A stretch of 64,000 nt of DNA from NCBI GenBank assembly GCA_039831575.1, contig JBDONA010001078.1, positions 135 through 64,134 of the forward strand, given 5' to 3'. The position numbers and the translations under genes are program-made. The DNA comes from Fuerstiella sp. (GTDB taxonomy: Bacteria > Planctomycetota > Planctomycetia > Planctomycetales > Planctomycetaceae). Below are positions 58,258-64,000 of the stretch, one piece after another. Each line of letters begins with the position of its first letter. Within the stretch, counting starts at the first letter, position 1. The notes beneath the pieces are model-generated. The model was not told the DNA's origin. It ran no database searches and saw only the letters and a list, made by a program, of their open reading frames with translations.

Positions 58258-60870
58258 ATGTTGTCGCTTCGATGTTCTGCGATGCTCGTTTCCGGAGCGG
58301 CGCCAGGTCGCAGCAGAAATCTGCGATGTTCTCTTTGGCTGTTCGGGACGACACTGGCACTTGCGACCTGCGGCAGTGCTTACGCAGTCGACGACGCACC
58401 CACGCCATCCTCATCGTCCTTCGCTGACACCGTGCAGCCATTCCTTGCCACGTATTGCCAGAAGTGTCACGGCAAGGAAAAGCAAAAAGGCGAGCGGCGA
58501 TTTGACCGGCTGTCTTCGCATCTCAGTAGCGACAACGATCTGGTCGACTATCAGGATATTCTTGATCAGCTGAATCTCGGCGAAATGCCGCCCAAGGAGG
58601 CGAAGCAACCGTCTGATGAAGAGCGACGAAAGGTTGTCACCCGGCTGACGAGCCACATCGACCGCTTCCATCAGACGATGAAGGCAAACGCCGGAACGAC
58701 CGTCCTGCGGCGGCTGAATTCACGCGAGTACCGGAACACTGTACGGGATTTGTTGCACCTGAACATGACGATGTTCGATCCCACGCAGGCGTTTCCTCGC
58801 GACCAGACAACAGAACACCTGGACAACGTCGGCGAAACACTCGTGACGTCCGGATACCTGCTGGCTCAGTACCTCGACGCGGCTGAGCAGGTCGTTGACA
58901 AAGCGATGTTTCCGCTGGAACAGCCAATGGTGCAGAAATGGGTCTTTAAAGACGGCTTTCGGCAGCAACCGGAGATCGACAAGGTCCATAGTAAAACGAA
59001 CGGGTTTGAGCACATGACGCTGTACGACGTCGTCGGTGCCGACAAACATGAAGGTGCATACGGACCGATTCATGCGTTCGCGGAAGGCGTTCCCTTTGAT
59101 GGGCATTATCAGCTGCGAATCAAGGCGGAAGCCCTGCACCGATTGAATCCGTACGACCCGACGTTTCTGGGCACTGATCCTGATGAACCTCTGCGTCTGG
59201 GGATCGTTGCCGGAAATCGCCTGGTGGGTGCGTTGCACAAGCCGCAGCCCATTGAACCGTTGCTGGCCGAAATCGATCTGGCTGACGAATCCAGGTGGTA
59301 CACCGTCCGGATCTGGCTGGACGCCGGGTTCACTCCGCGGTTTACGTTTCGCAACGGTCTGATGGATGCTCGTAATTTGTGGTCGCGGGTCCAGAAAAAG
59401 TACCCTGACCTGTTTCCAAAGCCAAAGAGCAAAGGCATCGTGGAAGCTCGCTTCAACGCAATCAAGTATGGAGAACTGCCACAGATTCATATTCACGAAA
59501 TTGAAATCGAAGGCCCGTTCCACGATGAATGGCCGACTGCCGGTCAGCGTGCCATTCTGGGGGACGACTGGAATCGTGCGGTGCAGTCGGGTTCACTTTC
59601 GACCGAACAAATGAGGGGACATCTCACACGATTCGCGTCCACAGCGTACCGCCGTCGTGCGCAGCCGGAAGAAATCGACCGCATCATGGATGTGATCGTC
59701 TACCGTCAGAAACAGGGCAGCTCGGCGATTGAAGCTTTTGGCGACGGCTTGAAGACCGTGCTGTGTTCGCCCGAATTTCTGTACCTTGAACCATTCCACA
59801 GAGACGTTCTGCACGACGAAGAGAAACCGACCGGCGAAGCTTTACCAGGCAGCGAAGCTGTACCGACCGGCGAAGCCGGACTGGCATCGCGGCTGTCGTA
59901 TTTTCTGTGGGCTTCGATGCCGGATGCAGAGCTGCGGCAGCTTGCTCAGGATAACATGCTGAATCAGCCTGAGGTGCTGACGGCACAGGTTGAACGCATG
60001 TTGAACGATCCGCGATCAGACGCTTTTGTTCAGGGTTTTCTGGACAGCTGGCTGACGATGCGGGACCTCGGTTCTATGCCGCCGGACCGCGGCAACTTTT
60101 CTGCCTTCTATCACTACGATCTCGATTCTGCGATGCGGCTGGAAACCTTTCTGTTTGCGCGATACCTGACCGATCAGAATCTCAGTGTGACCAATTTTCT
60201 GAATTCTGACTTCACCTTCGTCAACAAGCCGCTGGCAAGACACTACGGCATTCAGCCGCCCGCGAAACCAGGCTTCCAATTCGTGAGGTTAAGCGACCCG
60301 CGCCGTGGCGGATTGCTTGGTCAGGCCAGCATCCTGACGCTGACGGCCAACGGAATTGACACGTCGCCAGTCGTACGAGGCGTGTGGCTGCTGGAAAACA
60401 TCCTCGGCACACCACCATCGCCACCGCCACCTGACGTGGAAGCACTTGATCCGGACATTCGTGGTGCCAAAACAATTCGTGATCAGTTGCGAAAACACCG
60501 TGATACGGCCACCTGTAACGACTGTCATCGAAAAATTGACCCCCTCGGATTTGCACTGGAGAACTTCGATCCGATTGGCCGATGGCGAACCGCGTATGGT
60601 CGACAGGGCAAAATTGACGCATCTGGTGAACTTCCGGGTGGGCAGCGATTCGACAATGTCGAAGGACTCAAGACAATTCTGCTGGAACGACGGGGGCAGT
60701 TTGCGAAAGCACTCACCGAAAAGCTGTTGGCCTATGCCATCGGTCGACATATTCATCCCTCGGACCGTCCACACACCGATCGCATCCTGCAGCAGTTAGA
60801 TGCACAGGGAAACGGATTTCGCGATTTGATTCGGCTGGTTGTGATCAGCGAGCCATTTCGTTCACCGTAA
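58258..60870 (+). CDS. DUF1587/DUF1592/DUF1595/DUF1588/DUF1585-type protein with N-terminal heme-c motif (planctomycete PSCyt/PSD architecture)
   Basis: ATG 58258 lies 2 nt after the upstream stop (the track starts at GTG 58246). 'FLATYCQKCHGKEKQKGERRFD', 'LRRLNSREYRNTVRDLL', 'CNDCHRKIDPLGFALENFDPIGRWR'. Confidence 0.85.
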   Translation: MLSLRCSAMLVSGAAPGRSRNLRCSLWLFGTTLALATCGSAYAVDDAPTPSSSSFADTVQPFLATYCQKCHGKEKQKGERRFDRLSSHLSSDNDLVDYQDILDQLNLGEMPPKEAKQPSDEERRKVVTRLTSHIDRFHQTMKANAGTTVLRRLNSREYRNTVRDLLHLNMTMFDPTQAFPRDQTTEHLDNVGETLVTSGYLLAQYLDAAEQVVDKAMFPLEQPMVQKWVFKDGFRQQPEIDKVHSKTNGFEHMTLYDVVGADKHEGAYGPIHAFAEGVPFDGHYQLRIKAEALHRLNPYDPTFLGTDPDEPLRLGIVAGNRLVGALHKPQPIEPLLAEIDLADESRWYTVRIWLDAGFTPRFTFRNGLMDARNLWSRVQKKYPDLFPKPKSKGIVEARFNAIKYGELPQIHIHEIEIEGPFHDEWPTAGQRAILGDDWNRAVQSGSLSTEQMRGHLTRFASTAYRRRAQPEEIDRIMDVIVYRQKQGSSAIEAFGDGLKTVLCSPEFLYLEPFHRDVLHDEEKPTGEALPGSEAVPTGEAGLASRLSYFLWASMPDAELRQLAQDNMLNQPEVLTAQVERMLNDPRSDAFVQGFLDSWLTMRDLGSMPPDRGNFSAFYHYDLDSAMRLETFLFARYLTDQNLSVTNFLNSDFTFVNKPLARHYGIQPPAKPGFQFVRLSDPRRGGLLGQASILTLTANGIDTSPVVRGVWLLENILGTPPSPPPPDVEALDPDIRGAKTIRDQLRKHRDTATCNDCHRKIDPLGFALENFDPIGRWRTAYGRQGKIDASGELPGGQRFDNVEGLKTILLERRGQFAKALTEKLLAYAIGRHIHPSDRPHTDRILQQLDAQGNGFRDLIRLVVISEPFRSP

Positions 60871-60939
60871 AATGCAGAGACCCGGTCTCTCAATCCAACC
60901 CCACCTGTTTGCGAACCCCAAAACTGAAAGAACTGCTCA

Positions 60940-62322
60940 ATGTCGTCGACAAACCAGCAACGTCGAGAATTCCTAAAGCAATCCACTGTAGCCGCCAGCG
61001 CGGCATTTTCGCCTTACTTCTTCTCAAGTCCGCAGACACTGGCCGACGAAACCAGGTCGCCCAATGACCGTTTTCGCATCGGTGTCATCGGCTCGGGCGG
61101 TATGGCGGGAGGAAACATGAATGCCGCCAAAGAATGGCTGGACGTTGTGGCCATTGCAGACGTCGACGAAGGTCGTCGGGAAAGTTTTTCCAACAGGTTT
61201 TCGGGTGGCAAAGCTGACACGTACAACGATTACCGCAAGGTCATTGAACGAGACGATGTGGATGTCATTCACGTCGCGACGCCAGATCACTGGCACACCA
61301 AGACTCTGGTTGAATCGATGCTCGCGGGCAAAGACGTGTACTGCGAAAAGCCGATGACACTGACAATCGACGAAGGCAAATTGATTCGCAGGGTCCAGCA
61401 GGAAACCGGTCGCATCGTGCAGGTCGGCACGCAGCAACGCAGTTCATTCAATCTGTTCGTCAAGGCGATGGCCATCGTTCAGGAAGGTCGTCTCGGACGG
61501 ATTAAGAAGCTGGAAGTTTCCATCGGCGGAGCTCCGACCAGTCCGGCCCTGCCTGTCGCCGAAGTCCCTCAGGGGTTGGACTGGGAACGCTGGCTGGGAC
61601 CGGCTCCGAAGGTTGACTACCGCTTTCTGCAACCGGAAGCGGCCGGCAAAAAGAGAAAGCCGCGTGCGCACACCAACGCTCACTACGAATTTCGCTGGTG
61701 GTACGAATATTCCGGCGGCAAGCTGACTGACTGGGGGGCTCATCACGTGGATATCGCGATGTGGGCATTGCGGCTGAACGGCCAGACAGACGGCCCGCTT
61801 TCGATCGGCGGCACAGCGAAGCACCCGGTCGAGTTTAAGGACGGATATGCGGTTCAGAAAGATCGCTATAACACGGCCAGCGAGTTCCGGTTCAGCGTGA
61901 AGTTCCCGGGTGACACCGAAATGATCATCAAGAACAACGACAACGGAATCCTGATCGAAGGCGACAAGGGCCGCATTTTTGTGAACCGAGGCAAACTGAC
62001 CGGTGCTCCGGCGGAAGCACTCGAATCCAACCCACTCGCGGATGATGCGATCCCAAAGGCGTACAAAGGCCTTCCGATGGAGAATAACGACCGCAAAGGT
62101 CACTGGGCCAACTTCCTGAACTGCGTGAAGACACGACAGGAACCGATCTCGGACGTGCATTCACACATGGAAATGCTGAATGTCTGTCACCTCGCCGGTA
62201 TTTCGGCTCGTTTTGGCCGTGAACTCAAATGGGACGCGAAGGCAGAGCAGATCATCGGCGACGATCAGGCCAACGCATTTCTGGGTCGGCCGTACCGCGA
62301 GGGCTACGAGATCGAGGTTTGA
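60940..62322 (+). CDS. Gfo/Idh/MocA-family oxidoreductase with Tat signal
   Basis: 'RREFLKQSTVAASAA'. 'RIGVIGSGGMAGGN'. 'VIHVATPDHWH', 'VYCEKPM'. Confidence 0.85.
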   Translation: MSSTNQQRREFLKQSTVAASAAFSPYFFSSPQTLADETRSPNDRFRIGVIGSGGMAGGNMNAAKEWLDVVAIADVDEGRRESFSNRFSGGKADTYNDYRKVIERDDVDVIHVATPDHWHTKTLVESMLAGKDVYCEKPMTLTIDEGKLIRRVQQETGRIVQVGTQQRSSFNLFVKAMAIVQEGRLGRIKKLEVSIGGAPTSPALPVAEVPQGLDWERWLGPAPKVDYRFLQPEAAGKKRKPRAHTNAHYEFRWWYEYSGGKLTDWGAHHVDIAMWALRLNGQTDGPLSIGGTAKHPVEFKDGYAVQKDRYNTASEFRFSVKFPGDTEMIIKNNDNGILIEGDKGRIFVNRGKLTGAPAEALESNPLADDAIPKAYKGLPMENNDRKGHWANFLNCVKTRQEPISDVHSHMEMLNVCHLAGISARFGRELKWDAKAEQIIGDDQANAFLGRPYREGYEIEV

Positions 62323-62343
62323 CGAAACGACTGACGCACGAAG

Positions 62344-62378
62344 ACGATAATTGAAAGCCCCGGTCTTTGAAAAAGACC
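62344..62378. terminator. hairpin terminator between convergent genes
   Basis: AAAGCCCCGGTCTTT (62344-62358) / AAAGACCGGGGCTTT (62362-62376), then TTTTT on the plus strand. It lies between the stops at 62322 (+) and 62394 (-). Confidence 0.75.
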
Positions 62379-62393
62379 GGGGCTTTTTCCACT

Positions 62394-63206
62394 TTACACC
62401 GTGCAGATACTGCGACGTCGAAAAATCACGCCTCCGGCAATCCAGAAAACGAAGGCCACGCCCAACAGAATACCAACGTCCGTGACCGGAAACTGTCCCG
62501 ATTGAATCACGATCGCGGGACGGTAGTACTGCATCACGCTTAGAAACGATACTGTCTTCGCAGGATCCCAGAACTGAGCAACAAAGTTCAGCAGAAAGGA
62601 CATCAGCAGGATGGCAAACATGATGCCCACTGCTCGACCGCGGCGGTCACTGCTGCAGGAGACCAGAAATGCCAGACCGCCGACGGCAAGGTAAACGGCC
62701 ATCAGGTTTGCCATGACACCGAAAGTGGCGAAGGCGCCCGGTCGCATGTTGGGCTCCAGTGTCGACGATGCGAGCCAGTGTCCGCTGAAACCAACACTCA
62801 GAATAAAAAGGCCCGACAGAATCCAGCCGATTGTCTCAGTGAGATAAAGTTTCCATCGGGAAACCGGAAGCCCCAGTAAAAAGTCCACACTGCCGCGATC
62901 AATTTCGCCAGCCGGCATCCGCGAACAATACATCAGTTCGTGGGCCCACAGCAGAGACAGTACTGTCGGATGAACCCACAGAAACGCCTGCATCATCTGA
63001 GCTGTAAAAGCTTCACCGGGGTCCATTCCCAGTAGCGCTGTAATCAGCGGCTTAATGAACGGAAGTTTCTCAAACACTTTGTCGATGTCACCCAGCACTT
63101 TGGGCAGCAGTCCCGTAAGCAACGCCATGATCAGGGCCAGACCAATTCCGAGAAACAGGACGGGCCAGCGAACTTCCAGAAAGATCTTGCGCAACAGCCC
63201 TTTCAT
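62394..63206 (-). CDS. ABC-2-type transporter permease
   Basis: 270 aa with about six hydrophobic helices. Its ATG overlaps the stop of the upstream ATPase gene (ATGA at 63203-63206). Confidence 0.7.
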   Translation of the reverse strand: MKGLLRKIFLEVRWPVLFLGIGLALIMALLTGLLPKVLGDIDKVFEKLPFIKPLITALLGMDPGEAFTAQMMQAFLWVHPTVLSLLWAHELMYCSRMPAGEIDRGSVDFLLGLPVSRWKLYLTETIGWILSGLFILSVGFSGHWLASSTLEPNMRPGAFATFGVMANLMAVYLAVGGLAFLVSCSSDRRGRAVGIMFAILLMSFLLNFVAQFWDPAKTVSFLSVMQYYRPAIVIQSGQFPVTDVGILLGVAFVFWIAGGVIFRRRSICTV

Positions 63207-63997
63207 GGTTCCTCCGTTTCGGAAATCAGGCCGTCACCCTCCGGTTTCGTTACCTCTTCAGTAAAGCCATTCGTTGCGGATTCCTGAACAGGCCTGACGG
63301 AATCATGGTTGTAGTATTGACGAAACAGGAATTCCAGATTTGGTTTTCCGATGCTCAGGTCATAGATGGGCTGCGCTGCCGCCCACCGCGTCAGTTCAAC
63401 TGCAGAGCCCGTTAACTGAACCTGCAACTTGTCTCCCGAACGACTCTGCACCGTCACAAAGTCGGGCACTGTAACGTCGTGGGCGATTGTAGCGGATTTG
63501 AACGTAACGACGGCCGTTCGTGGTGCCCTGCCCTTCAGCACAGCCAGTGATTCGTCAACGACGATTTGTCCGTCGCGAACAATGGCTACGCGGTCGCACA
63601 ACGATTCCACTTCGCTCAACGTGTGGCTGGAAAAGAAAACCGTATGCCCCGCTGCAGCCAGCTCTCGCAGACAGTCCGCCAGTGTATCCTGCATCAAGGG
63701 GTCCAGCCCCGACGTTGGTTCATCCAATATCACCAGCTTTGGCCGGTGTGCAAGTGCCAGCACCAACGCCACTTTTTGCCGGTTGCCACGGGACATCTTT
63801 CGTACCGGTAAATCCAGTTCCATGCGAAATCGCTCAGCCAGCAGCATTCCGTCTGCGAGAATATCCCGGCCACGGATTTCACCGACAATCTGAAGTGCTT
63901 TGCGAGCCGTCAGCCAGGGGTATAAGCGGACATCACCCGCTACGTAGCCGACATCCTGTTTGATAGTGGCGCTATTGCCCCAGCAGTCCTGTCCCAA
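63203..63997 (-). CDS. ABC transporter ATP-binding protein, C-terminal part (N-terminus with Walker A lies beyond the right edge)
   Basis: Signature/Walker B 'MSRGNRQKVALVLALAHRPKLVILDEPTSGLDP' and H-loop 'VFFSSHTLSEVE'. The first residue in the track is an internal non-ATG codon at the window edge. Confidence 0.85.
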   Translation of the reverse strand: MGQDCWGNSATIKQDVGYVAGDVRLYPWLTARKALQIVGEIRGRDILADGMLLAERFRMELDLPVRKMSRGNRQKVALVLALAHRPKLVILDEPTSGLDPLMQDTLADCLRELAAAGHTVFFSSHTLSEVESLCDRVAIVRDGQIVVDESLAVLKGRAPRTAVVTFKSATIAHDVTVPDFVTVQSRSGDKLQVQLTGSAVELTRWAAAQPIYDLSIGKPNLEFLFRQYYNHDSVRPVQESATNGFTEEVTKPEGDGLISETEEP

Positions 63998-64000
63998 TAC

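Overview
This chromosomal segment has the gene content of a Planctomycetota (Planctomycetaceae-like) genome. It holds about 45 protein-coding genes. I could not recognise any rRNA, tRNA, CRISPR array, transposase or integrase by eye.

Left third (0.8-15 kb): two formylglycine-type sulfatases, a four-domain hydrolase/ThuA/lactonase fusion, a beta-helix protein, an EF-hand protein, a PAPS-type sulfotransferase, an ASST-type arylsulfotransferase, and a two-gene glucosyl/mannosyl-glycerate (compatible solute) module.

Middle: rarA, an FHA protein, a PIG-L deacetylase, two tandem PQQ-like beta-propeller proteins, a 615-aa membrane protein, a 12-Cys secreted protein, a thioesterase, GGCT, an M50B-like membrane protein, and an orphan secretin of about 1,396 aa with Gly/Gln microsatellite insertions. 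alaS and recA follow.

Right: a co-directional envelope cluster (MraY/WecA-family transferase, Wzy_C-TPR protein, DUF1573, degenerate-phosphatase tetraheme cytochrome, SUKH, DUF971), lipoproteins, an LplT-PlsC-Aas triple fusion, a DUF1552/DUF1592-type pair, two Tat-signal Gfo/Idh/MocA oxidoreductases, and an ABC-2 exporter.

Non-coding: a family of palindromic 64-74-nt elements with conserved GCAAAGGGTC...GACCCTTTGC tips, a pair of 47-nt direct repeats, and several clean intrinsic terminators.

Best candidates for something undescribed:
- the orphan giant secretin module (28.9-34.8 kb)
- the glycan/cytochrome/DUF1573 envelope cluster (39.2-46.7 kb)
- the Cys-rich secreted protein with a perfect 9-2-9 palindrome upstream (27.9-28.3 kb)

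All family calls come from motif recognition in the supplied translations. No database search was run, and none of the candidates is proven to be a functional system.
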